DNA of 64,000 nucleotides from Eledone cirrhosa (taxonomy: Eukaryota), in assembly GCA_964016885.1 (NCBI GenBank), contig OZ024743.1:186372001-186436000 (forward strand), written 5' to 3'. Below the pieces are notes generated by a model. That model saw nothing but the letters and a program-made list of their open reading frames with translations. It did not search any database and was not told where the DNA came from. The position numbers were made by a program, and so were the translations under genes. Numbering within the stretch: position 1 is the stretch's first letter; every line of letters starts with the position of its first letter. Positions 42,701 to 56,200 of this stretch are shown here, piece by piece.

Positions 42701-45700
42701 AAGTCAGCTCTAACTACTATATCTATAACATAGTATAACAGTAATAATTGATGGTAGTGTTTCATCGTAAGTCAGCTCTAACTACTATATCTATAACATA
42801 GTATAACAGTAATAATTGATGGTAGTGTTTCACTCCTAAGTCAGCTCTAACTATTATATCTATAACATAGTATAACAGTAATAATTGATGGTAGTGTTTC
42901 ACTCCTAAGTCAGCTCTAACTATTATATCTATAACATAGTATAACAGTAATAAATGATGGTAGTGTTTCACTCGTAAGTCAGCTCTAACTATTATATCTA
43001 TAACATAGTATAACTGTAATAATTGATGGTAGTGTTTCACTCCTAAGTCAGCTCTAACTATTATATCTATAACATAGTATAACAGTAATAATTGATGGTA
43101 GTGTTTCACTCCTAAGTCAGCTCTAACTATTATATCTATAACATAGTATAACAGTAATAATTGATGGTAGTGTTTCACTCCTAAGTCAGCTCTAACTATT
43201 ATATCTATAACATAGTATAACAGTAATAAATGATGGTAGTGTTTCACTCCTAAGTCAGCTCTAACTACTATATCTATAACATAGTATAACAGTAATAATT
43301 GATGGTAGTGTTTCACTCCTAAGACAGCTCTAACTACTATATCTATAACATAGTATAACAGTAATAATTGATGGTAGTGTTTCACTCCTAGGTCAGCTCT
43401 GATTACTATATCTATAACATAGTATAACAGTAATAATTGATGGAAGTGTTTCACTCCTAGGTCAGCTCTAACTACTATATCTATAACATAGTATAACAGT
43501 AATAATTGATGGTAGTGTTTCACTCCTAAGTCAGCTCTAACTACTATATCTATAACATAGTATAACAGTAATAATTGATGGTAATGTTTCACTCCTAAGT
43601 CAGCTCTAACTACTATATCTATAACATAGTATAACAGTAATAATTGATGGTAGTGTTTCACTCCTAGGTCAGCTCTAACTACTATATCTATAACATAGTA
43701 TAACAGTAATAATTGATGGAAGAGTTTCACTCCTAGGTCAGCTCTAACTACTATATCTATAACATAGTATAACAGTAATAATTGATGGTAGTGTTTCACT
43801 CCTAATACAGCTCTAACTATTATATCTATAACATAGTATAACAGTAATAATTGATGGTAGTGTTTCACTCCTAAGTCAGCTCTAACTATTATATATATAA
43901 CATAGTATAACAGTAATAATTGATGGTAGTGTTTCACTCCTAAGTCAGCTCTAACTACTATATCTATAACACAGTATAACAGTAATAATTGATGGTAGTG
44001 TTTCACTCCTAAGTCAGCTCTAACTATTATATCTATAACATAGTATAACAGTAATAATTGATGGTAGTGTTTCACTCCTAGGTCAGCTCTAACTACTATA
44101 TCTATAACATAGTATAACAGTAATAAATGATGGTAGTGTTTCACTCCTAAGTCAGCTCTAACTATTATATCTATAACATAGTATAACAGTAATAATTGAT
44201 GGTAGTGTTTCACTTCTAGGTCAGCTCTTACTACTATATCTATAACATAGTATAACAGTAATAATTGATGGTAGTGCTTCACTCCTAAGTCAGCTCTGAC
44301 TACTATATCTATAACATAGTATAACAGTAATAATTGATGGTAGTGTTTCACTCCTAAGTCAGCTCTGACTACTATATCTATAACATAGTATAACAGTAAT
44401 AATTGATGGTAGTGTTTCACTCCTAAGTCAGCTCTGACTACTATATCTATAACATAGTATAACAGTAATAATTGATGGTAGTATTTCACTCCTAAGTCAG
44501 CTCTGACTACTATATCTATAACATAGTATAACAGTAATAATTGATGGTAGTGTTTCACTCCTAAGTCAGCTCTAACTATTATATCTATAACATAGTATAA
44601 CAGTAATAATTGATGGTAGTGTTTCACTTCTAGGTCAGCTCTTACTACTATATCTATAACATAGTATAACAGTAATAATTGATGGTAGTGTTACACTCCT
44701 AAGTCAGCTCTGACTACTATATCTATAACATAGTATAACAGTAATAATTTCTGGTAGTGTTTCATTCCAAAATCGGCTCTAACTACTATATCTATAACAT
44801 AGTATAACAGTAATAATTTATGGTAGTGTTTCACTCCTATGTCTGCTCTAACTACTATATCTATAACATAGTATAACAGTAATAATTGAGGGTAGTGTTT
44901 CACTCCTAAATCAGCTCTAACTACTATATCTATAACATAGTATAACAGTAATAATTGATGGTAGTATTACACTCCTAGGTCAGCTCTAACTACTATATCT
45001 ATAACATAGTATAACGGTAATAATTGATGGTAGTGTTTCACTCCTAAGTCAGATCTAACTACTATATCTATAACATAGTATAACAGTAATAATTGATGGT
45101 AGTGTTTCATTCCTAAGTCAGCTCTGACTACTATATCTATAACATAGTATAAGAGTAATAATTGATGGTAGTGTTTCACTCCTAGGTCAGCTCTGACTAC
45201 TATATCTATAACATAGTATAACAGTAATAGTTGATGATAGTGTTTCACTCGTAGGTCAGCTCTAACTATTATATCTATAACATAGTATAACAGTAATAAT
45301 TGATGGTAGTGTTTCACTCGTACATCAGCTCTAACTATTATATCTATAACATAGTATAACAGTAATAATCGATGGTAGTGTTTCACTAGTAAGTCAGCTC
45401 TGATTACTATATCTATAACATAGTATAACAGTAATAATCGATGGTAGTTTTTCACTCCTAGATCAGCTCTGACTACTATATCTATAACATAGTATAACAG
45501 TAATAATTGACGGTAGTGTTTCACTCCTAAGTCAGCTCTAACTACTATATCTATAACATAGTATAACAGTAATAATTGATGGAAGTGTTTCACTCCTAAG
45601 TCAGCTCTAACTACTATATCTATAACATAGTATAACAGTAATAATTGATGGTAGTGTTTCACTGCTAAGTCAGCTCTAACTACTATATCTATAACATAGT

Positions 45701-48700
45701 ATAACAGTAACAATTGATGGTAGTGTTTCACTCCTGTCTGCTCTGACTACTATATCTATAACATAGTATAACAGTACATACTGATGGTAGTGCTTCACTC
45801 CTAAGTCAGCTCTAACTACTATATCTATAACATAGTATAACAGTAATATTTGATGGTAGTGTTTCATCGTAAGTCAGCTCTAACTACTATATCTATAACA
45901 TAGTATAACAGTAATAATTGATGGTAGTGTTTCACTTCTAGGTCAGCTCTTACTACTATATCTATAACATAGTATAACAGTAATAATTGATGTTAGTATT
46001 TCACTCCTAGGTCAGCTCTAACTACTATATCTATAACAAAGTATAACAGTAATTAGTTGATGGTAGTGTTTCACTCCTAAGTCAGCTCTAACTACTATAT
46101 CTATAACATAGTAGAACAGTAATAATTGATGGAAGTGTTTCACTCCTAGGTCATCTGTGACTACTATATCTATAACATAGTATAACAGTAATAATTGATG
46201 GTAGTATTACACTCCTAGGTCATCTCTAACTACTATATCTATAACATAGTATAACAGTAATAATTGATGGTAGTGTTTCACTCCTAAGTCAGCTCTAACT
46301 ACTATATCTATAACATAGTATAACAGTAATAATTGATGGTAGTGTTTCACTCCTAAGTCAGCTCTAACTATTATATCTATAACATAGTATAACAGTAATA
46401 ATTGATGGTAGTGTTTCACTCCTAAGTCAGCTCTAACTATTATATCTATAACATAGTATAACAGTAATAATTGATGGTAGTGTTTCACTCCTAAGTCAGC
46501 TCTAACTATTATATCTATAACATAGTATAACAGTAATAAATGATGGTAGTGTTTCACTCGTAAGTCAGCTCTAACTATTATATCTATAACATAGTATAAC
46601 AGTAATAATTGATGGTAGTGTTTCACTCCTAAGTCAGCTCTAACTATTATATCTATAACATAGTATAACAGTAATAATTGATGGTAGTGTTTCACTCCTA
46701 AGTCAGCTCTAACTATTATATCTATAACATAGTATAACAGTAATAATTGATGGTAGTGTTTCACTCCTAAGTCAGCTCTAACTATTGTATCTATAACATA
46801 GTATAACAGTAATAAATGAAGGTAGTGTTTCACTCCTAAGTCAGCTCTAACTACTATATCTATAACATAGTATAACAGTAATAATTGATGGTAGTGTTTC
46901 ACTCCTAAATCAGCTCTAACTACTATATCTATAACATAGTATAACAGTAATAATTGATGGTAGTGTTTCACTCCTAGGTCAGCTCTGATTACTATATCTA
47001 TAACATAGTATAACAGTAATAATTGATGGAAGTGTTTCACTCCTAGGTCAGCTCTAACTACTATATCTATAACATAGTATAACAGTAATAATTGATGGTA
47101 GTGTTTCACTCCTAAGTCAGCTCTAACTACTATATCTATAACACAGTATAACAGTAATAATTGATGGTAGTGTTTCACTCCTAAGTCAGCTCTAACTACT
47201 ATATCTATAACATAGTATAACAGTAATAATTGATGGAAGTGTTTCACTCCTAAGTCAGCTCTAACTACTATATCTATAACATAGTATAACAGTAATAATT
47301 GATGGTAGTGTTTCACTGCTAAGTCAGCTCTAACTACTATATCTATAACATAGTATAACAGTAACAATTGATGGTAGTGTTTCACTCCTGTCTGCTCTGA
47401 CTACTATATCTATAACATAGTATAACAGTACATACTGATGGTACTGCTTCACTCCTAAGTCAGCTCTAACTACTATATCTATAACATAGTATAACAGTAA
47501 TATTTGATGGTAGTGTTTCATCGTAAGTCAGCTCTAACTACTATATCTATAACATAGTATAACAGTAATAATTGATGGTAGTGTTTCACTTCTAGGTCAG
47601 CTCTTACTACTATATCTATAACATAGTATAACAGTAATAATTGATGTTAGTATTTCACTCCTAGGTCAGCTCTAACTACTATATCTATAACAAAGTATAA
47701 CAGTAATTAGTTGATGGTAGTGTTTCACTCCTAAGTCAGCTCTAACTACTATATCTATAACATAGTAGAACAGTAATAATTGATGGAAGTGTTTCACTCC
47801 TAGGTCATCTGTGACTACTATATCTATAACATAGTATAACAGTAATAATTGATGGTAGTATTACACTCCTAGGTCATCTCTAACTACTATATCTATAACA
47901 TAGTATAACAGTAATAATTGATGGTAGTGTTTCACTCCTAAGTCAGCTCTAACTACTATATCTATAACATAGTATAACAGTAATAATTGATGGTAGTGTT
48001 TCACTCCTAAGTCAGCTCTAAATATTATATCTATAACATAGTATAACAGTAATAATTGATGGTAGTGTTTCACTCCTAAGTCAGCTCTAACTATTATATC
48101 TATAACATAGTATAACAGTAATAATTGATTGTAGTGTTTCACTCCTAAGTCAGCTCTAACTATTATATCTATAACATAGTATAACAGTAATAAATGATGG
48201 TAGTGTTTCACTCGTAAGTCAGCTCTAACTATTATATCTATAACATAGTATAACAGTAATAATTGATGGTAGTGTTTCACTCCTAAGTCAGCTCTAACTA
48301 TTATATCTATAACATAGTATAACAGTAATAATTGATGGTAGTGTTTCACTCCTAAGTCAGCTCTAACTATTATATCTATAACATAGTATAACAGTAATAA
48401 TTGATGGTAGTGTTTCACTCCTAAGTCAGCTCTAACTATTGTATCTATAACATAGTATAACAGTAATAAATGATGGTAGTGTTTCACTCCTAAGTCAGCT
48501 CTAACTACTATATCTATAACATAGTATAACAGTAATAATTGATGGTAGTGTTTCACTCCTAAATCAGCTCTAACTACTATATCTATAACATAGTATAACA
48601 GTAATAATTGATGGTAGTGTTTCACTCCTAGGTCAGCTCTGATTACTATATCTATAACATAGTATAACAGTATTAATTGATGGAAGTGTTTCACTCCTAG

Positions 48701-49600
48701 GTCAGCTCTAACTACTATATCTATAACATAGTATAACAGTAATAATTGATGGTAGTGTTTCACTCCTAAGTCAGCTCTAACTACTATATCTATAACACAG
48801 TATAACAGTAATAATTGATGGTAGTGTTTCACTCCTAGGTCAGCTCTAACTACTATATCTATAACATAGTATAACAGTAATAAATGATGGTAGTGTTTCA
48901 CTCCTAAGTCAGCTCTAACTATTATATCTATAACATAGTATAACAGTAATAATTGATGGTAGTGTTTCACTTCTAGATCAGCTCTTACTACTATATCTAT
49001 AACATAGTATAACAGTAATAATTGATGGTAGTGTTTCACTCCTAAGTCAGCTCTGACTACTATATCTATAACATAGTATAACAGTAATAATTGATGGTAG
49101 TGTTTCACTCCTAAGTCAGCTCTGACTACTATATCTATAACATAGTATAACAGTAATAATTGATGGTAGTGTTTCACTCCTAAGTCAGCTCTGACTACTA
49201 TATCTATAACATAGTATAACAGTAATAATTGATGGTAGTATTTCACTCCTAAGTCAGCTGTGACTACTATATCTATAACATAGTATAACAGTAATAATTG
49301 ATGGTAGTGTTTCACTCCTAAGTCAGCTCTAACTATTATATCTATAACATAGTATAACAGTAATAATTGATGGTAGTGTTTCACTTCTAGGTCAGCTCTT
49401 ACTACTATATCTATAACATAGTATAACAGTAATAATTGATGGTAGTGTTACACTCCTAAGTCAGCTCTGACTACTATATCTATAACATAGTATAACAGTA
49501 ATAATTTATGGTAGTGTTTCATTCCAAAATCGGCTCTAACTACTATATCTATAACATAGTATAACAGTAATAATTTATGGTAGTGTTTAACTCCTATGTC
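36700..49600. repeat. Central HOR subfamily B: units of ~57, 36, 45 and 24 monomers, lacking the 66-bp monomers
   Basis: The 2-bp-deletion marker now reads CCTGTCTG (near 40150, 42631, 45733, 47387). The 1-bp deletion reads TTCATCGTAAG. A new CATTCCAAAATCGG / CCTATGTCTG pair occurs at ~39180, 41661, 44763, 49520. Spacings are 3931, 2481, 3102, 1654 (57x69-2, 36x69-3, 45x69-3, 24x69-2). Confidence 0.85.
45530..48810. repeat. Tandem duplication of a 24-monomer block (1,654 bp)
   Basis: Private variants CAGTAATATTTG, AATTAGTTG, GTAGAACAG, ACTATTGTAT and CCTAAATCAG each recur at +1654. ORF pairs 45676/47330 and 46207/47861 agree. Confidence 0.88.
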
Positions 49601-50260
49601 TGCTCTAACTACTATATCTATAACAGAGTATAACAGTAATAATTGATGGTAGTGTTTCATTCGTAGGTCATTTCTAACTACTATATATATAACGTAGTAT
49701 AACAGTAATAATTGATGGTAGTGTTTCACTCCTAAATCAGCCCTAACTACTATATCTATAACATAGTATAACAGTAATAATTGATGGTAGTGTTTCACTC
49801 CTAAGTCAGCTCTAACTACTATATCTATAACATAGTATAACAGTAATAATTAATTGTAGTGTTTCACTCCTAGGTCAGCTCTGACTACTATATCTATAAC
49901 ATAGTATAACAGTAATAATTAATTGTAGTGTTTCACTCCTAGGTCAGCTCTGACTACTATATCTATAACATAGTATAACAGTAATAATTGTTGGTAGTGT
50001 TTCACTCCTATGTCAGCTCTAACTCCTATATCTATAACATAGTATAACAGTAATAATTGATGGTAGTGTTTCACTCCTAAGTTTGCTCTAACTACTATAT
50101 CTATAACATAGTATAACAGTAATAATTGAGGATTAGTGTTTAACTCCTAGGTCATCTATAACTACTATATCTATAACATAGTATAACAGTAATAATTGAT
50201 GGTAGTGTTTCACTCCTAGGTCATCTATAACTACTATATCTATAATATAGTATAACAGTA
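49600..50260. repeat. Diverged junction monomers between the central and right domains
   Basis: About 10 consecutive monomers carry variants rare or absent elsewhere: AACAGAGTA, CATTCGTAGGTCATTTCT, TTAATTGTAGT (x2), TTGTTGGT, AAGTTTGCTCT, GAGGATTAGTGTTTAACT, TCATCTATAAC (x2). Confidence 0.75.
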
Positions 50261-53200
50261 ATAACTGATGGTAGTGTTTCACTCCTAGGTCAGCTCTGAC
50301 TACTATATCTATAACATAGTATAACAGTAATAAATGATGATAGTGTTTCACTCCTAGGTCAGCTCTAACTATTATATCTATAACATAGTATAACAGTAAT
50401 AATTGATGGTAGTGTTTCACTCGTACGTCAGCTCTAACTATTATATTTATAACATAGTATAACAGTAATAATTGATGGTAGTGTTTCACTCATACATCAG
50501 CTCTAACTATTATATCTATAACATAGTATAACAGTAATAATCGATGGTAGTGTTTCACTCGTAAGTCAGCTCTGATTACTATATCTATAACATAGTATAA
50601 CAGTAATAATTGATGGTAGTGTTTCACTCCTAAGTCAGCTCTAACTACTATATCTATAACATAGTATAACAGTAATAATCGATGGTAGTGTTTCACTCCT
50701 AGATCAGCTCTGACTACTATATCTATAACATAGTATATCAGTAATAATTGATGGAAGTATTTCACTCCTAAGTCAGCTCTAACTACTATATCTATAACAT
50801 AGTATAACAGTAATAATTGATGGTAGTGTTTCATTGCTAAGTCAGCTCTAACTACTATATCTATAACATAGTATAACAGTAATAATTGATGGTAGTGTTT
50901 CACCCCTAAATAAGCTCTGACTACTATATATATAACATAGTATAACAGTAATAATTGAGGGTAGTGTTTCACTCCTAAGTCAGCTCTAACTACTATATCT
51001 ATAACATAGTATAACAGTAATAATTGATGGTAGTGTTTCACCCCAAAATCGGCTGTAACTACTATATCTATAACATAGTATAACAGTAATAATTGATGGT
51101 AGTGTTTCACTCCTAGGTCATCTCTGACTACTATATCTATAACATAGTATAACAGTAACAATTGATGGTAGTGTTTCACTCCTAGGTCATCTGTGACTAC
51201 TATATCTATAACATAGTATAACAGTAATAATTGATGGTAGTGTTACACTCCTAGGTCAGCTCTAACTACTATATCTATAACATAGTACAACAGTAATAAT
51301 TGATGGTAGTGTTTCACTCGTAGGTCAGCTCTAACTACTATATCTATAACATAGTATAACAGTAATAATTGATGGTAGTGTTTCACTCCTAAATCAGCCC
51401 TAACTACTATATCTATAACATAGTATAACAGTAATAATTGATGGTAGTGTTTCACTCCTAAGTCAGCTCTAACTACTATATCTATAACATAGTATAACGG
51501 TAATAATTGATGGTAGTGTTTCACTCCTAGCTCAGCTCTAACTACTATATCTATAACATAGTATAACAGTAATAAATGATGATAGTGTTTCACTCCTAGG
51601 TCAGCTCTAACTATTATATCTATAACATAGTATAACAGTAATAATTGATGGTAGTGTTTCACTCGTACATCAGCTCTAACTATTATATCTATAACATAGT
51701 ATAACAGTAATAATTGATGGTAGTGTTTCACTCGTACATCAGCTCTAACTATTATATCTATAACATAGTATAACAGTAATAATCGATGGTAGTGTTTCAC
51801 TCCTAAGTCAGCTCTGATTACTATATCTATAACATAGTATAACAGTAATAATTGATGGTAGTGTTTCACCCCTAGGTCAGCTCTAACTACTATATCTATA
51901 ACATAGTTTAACAGTAATAATTGATGGTAGTGTTTCACTCGTACATCAGCTCTAACTATTATATCTATAACATAGTATAACAGTAATAATTGATGGTAGT
52001 GTTTCACTCGTACATCAGCTCTAACTATTATATCTATAACATAGTATAACAGTAATAATCGATGGTAGTGTTTCACTCCTAAGTCAGCTCTGATTACTAT
52101 ATCTATAACATAGTATAACAGTAATAATCGATGGTAGTGTTTCACTCCTAGATCAGCTCTGACTACTATATCTATAACATAGTATAACAGTAATAATTGA
52201 TGGTAATGTTTCACTCCTAAGTCAGCTCTAACTACTATATCTATTACATAGTATAACAGTAATAATTGATGGTAGTGTTTCACTCCTAACTCAGCCCTAA
52301 CTACTATATCTACAACATAGTATAACAGTAATAATTGATGGAAGTCTTTCACTCCTAAGTCAGCTCTAACTACTATATCTATAACATAGTATAACAGTAA
52401 TAATTGATGGTAGTGTTTCATTGCTAAGTCAGCTCTAACTACTATATCTATAACATAGTATAACAGTAATAATTGATGGTAGTGTTTCACCCCTAAATAA
52501 GCTCTGACTACTATATATATAACATAGTATAACAGTAATAATTGAGGGTAGTGTTTCACTCCTAAGTCAGCTCTAACTACTATATCTATAACATAGTATA
52601 ACAGTAATAATTGATGGAAGTGTTTCACTCCTAAATCAGCTCTAACTACTATATCTATAACATAGTATAACAGTAATAATTGATGGTAGTGTTTCACCCC
52701 AAAATCGGCTGTAACTACTATATCTATAACATAGTATAACAGTAATAATTGATGGTAGTGTTTCACTCCTAGGTCATCTCTGACTACTATATCTATAACA
52801 TAGTATAACAGTAACAATTGATGGTAGTGTTTCACTCCTAGGTCATCTGTGACTACTATATCTATAACATAGTATAACAGTAATAATTGATGGTAGTGTT
52901 ACACTCCTAGGTCAGCTCTAACTACTATATCTATAACATAGTACAACAGTAATAATTGATGGTAGTGTTTCACTCGTAGGTCAGCTCTAACTACTATATC
53001 TATAACATAGTATAACAGTAATAATTGATGGTAGTCTTTCACTCCTAAATCAGCCCTAACTACTATATCTATAACATAGTATAACAGTAATATTTGATGG
53101 TAGTGTTTCACTCCTAAGTCAGCTCTAACTACTATATCTATAACATAGTATAACGGTAATAATTGATGGTAGTGTTTCACTCCTAGGTCAGCTCTGACTA

Positions 53201-56200
53201 CTATATCTATAACATAGTATAACAGTAATAATTGATGGTAGTGTTTCATTCCTAAGTCAGCTCTAACTACTATATCTATAAAATAGTATAACAGTAATAA
53301 TTGATGGTAGTGTTTCACTCCTAGGTCAGCTCTGACTACTATATCTATAACATAGTATAACAGTAATAAATGATGATAGTGTTTCACTCCTAGGTCAGCT
53401 CTAACTATTATATCTATAACATAGTATAACAGTAATAATTGATGGTAGTGTTTCACTCGTACGTCAGCTCTAACTATTATATTTATAACATAGTATAACA
53501 GTAATAATTGATGGTAGTGTTTCACTCATACATCAGCTCTAACTATTATATCTATAACATAGTATAACAGTAATAATCGATGGTAGTGTTTCACTCGTAA
53601 GTCAGCTCTGATTACTATATCTATAACATAGTATAACAGTAATAATTGATGGTAGTGTTTCACTCCTAAGTCAGCTCTAACTACTATATCTATAACATAG
53701 TATAACAGTAATAATCGATGGTAGTGTTTCACTCCTAGATCAGCTCTGACTACTATATCTATAACATAGTATATCAGTAATAATTGATGGAAGTATTTCA
53801 CTCCTAAGTCAGCTCTAACTACTATATCTATAACATAGTATAACAGTAATAATTGATGGTAGTGTTTCATTGCTAAGTCAGCTCTAACTACTATATCTAT
53901 AACATAGTATAACAGTAATAATTGATGGTAGTGTTTCACCCCTAAATAAGCTCTGACTACTATATATATAACATAGTATAACAGTAATAATTGAGGGTAG
54001 TGTTTCACTCCTAAGTCAGCTCTAACTACTATATCTATAACATAGTATAACAGTAATAATTGATGGTAGTGTTTCACCCCAAAATCGGCTGTAACTACTA
54101 TATCTATAACATAGTATAACAGTAATAATTGATGGTAGTGTTTTACTCCTAGGTCATCTCTGACTACTATATCTATAACATAGTATAACAGTAACAATTG
54201 ATGGTAGTGTTTCACTCCTAGGTCATCTGTGACTACTATATCTATAACATAGTATAACAGTAATAATTGATGGTAGTGTTACACTCCTAGGTCAGCTCTA
54301 ACTACTATATCTATAACATAGTACAACCGTAATAATTGATGGTAGTGTTTCACTCGTAGGTCAGCTCTAACTACTATATCTATAACATAGTATAACAGTA
54401 ATAATTGATGGTAGTGTTTCACTCCTAAATCAGCCCTAACTACTATATCTATAACATAGTATAACAGTAATAATTGATGGTAGTGTTTCACTCCTAAGTC
54501 AGATCTAACTACTATATCTATAACATAGTATAACGGTAATAATTGATGGTAGTGTTTCACTCCTAGCTCAGCTCTAACTACTATATCTATAACATAGTAT
54601 AACAGTAATAATTGATGGTAGTGTTTCACTCCTAAGTCAGCTCTGACTACTATATCTATAACATAGTATAACAGTAATAATGGATGGTAGTGTTTCACTC
54701 CTAGGTCAGCTCTGACTACCATATCTATAACATAGTATAACAGTAATAATTGATGGTAGTGTTTCACTCCTACGTCAACTCTAACTCCTATATCCCTAAC
54801 ATAGTATAACAGTTATAACTGATGGTAGTGTTTCACTCCTAAGTTAGCTCTAACTACTATATCTATAACATAGTATAACGGTAATAATTGATGGTAGTGT
54901 TTCACTCCTAAGTCAGATCTAACTACTATATCTATAACATAGTATAACAGTAATAATTGATGGTAGTGTTTCATTCCTAAGTCAGCTCTGACTACTATAT
55001 CTATAACATAGTATAACAGTAATAATTGATGGTAGTGTTTCACTCCTAAGTCAGCTCTAACTACTATATCTATAACACAGTGTAACAGTAATAATTGATG
55101 GTAGTGTTTCACTCCTAGGTCAGCTCTAACTACTATATATATAACATAGTATAACAGTAATAATTGAAGGTAGTGTTTCACTCCTAGGTCAGCTCTAACT
55201 ACTATATCTATAACATAGTATAAAAGTAATAATTGATGGTAGTGTTTCACTCCTAAGTCAACTCTAACTACTATATCTATAACATAGTACAACAGTAATA
55301 ATTGATGGTAGTGTTTCACTCCTAGGTCAGCTCTGACTACTATATCTATAACATAGTATAACAGTAATAATTGATGGTAGAGTTTCACTCCTAAGTCAGC
55401 TCTAACTACTATATCTATAATATAGTATAACAGTAATAATTGATGGTAGTGTTTCACCCCTAAATAAGCTCTGACTACTATATATATATTACATAGTATA
55501 ACAGTAATAATTGAGGGTAGTGTTTCACTCCTAAGTCAGCTCTAACTACTATATCTATAACATAGTATAACAGTAATAATTGATGGTAGTGTTTCACTCC
55601 TATATCAGCTCTAACTACTATATCTATAACATAGTATAACAGTAATAATTGATGGTAGTGTTTCACCCCTAAACAAGCTCTGACTACTATATATATAACA
55701 TAGTATAACAGTAATAATTGAGGGTAGTGTTTCACTCCTAAGTCAGCTCTAACTACTATATCAATAACACAGTATAACACTAATAATTGATGATAGTCTT
55801 TCACTCCTAGGTCAGCTCTAACTACTATATCTATAACATAGTATAATAGTAATAATTGATGGTAGTGTTTCACTCCTAGGTCAGCTCTAACTACTATATC
55901 TATAACATAGTTTAACAGTAATAATTGATGGTAGTGTTTCACTCGTACATCAGCTCTAACTATTATATCTATTACATAGTATAACAGTAATAATTGATGG
56001 TAGTGTTTCACTCGTACATCAGCTCTAACTATTATATCTATAACATAGTATAACAGTAATAATCGATGGTAGTGTTTCACTCCTAAGCCAGCTCTGATTA
56101 CTATATCTATAACATAGTATAACAGTAATAATTGATGGTAGTGTTTCACTCCTAGGACAGCTCTAACTACTATATCTATAACATAGTTTAACAGTAATAA

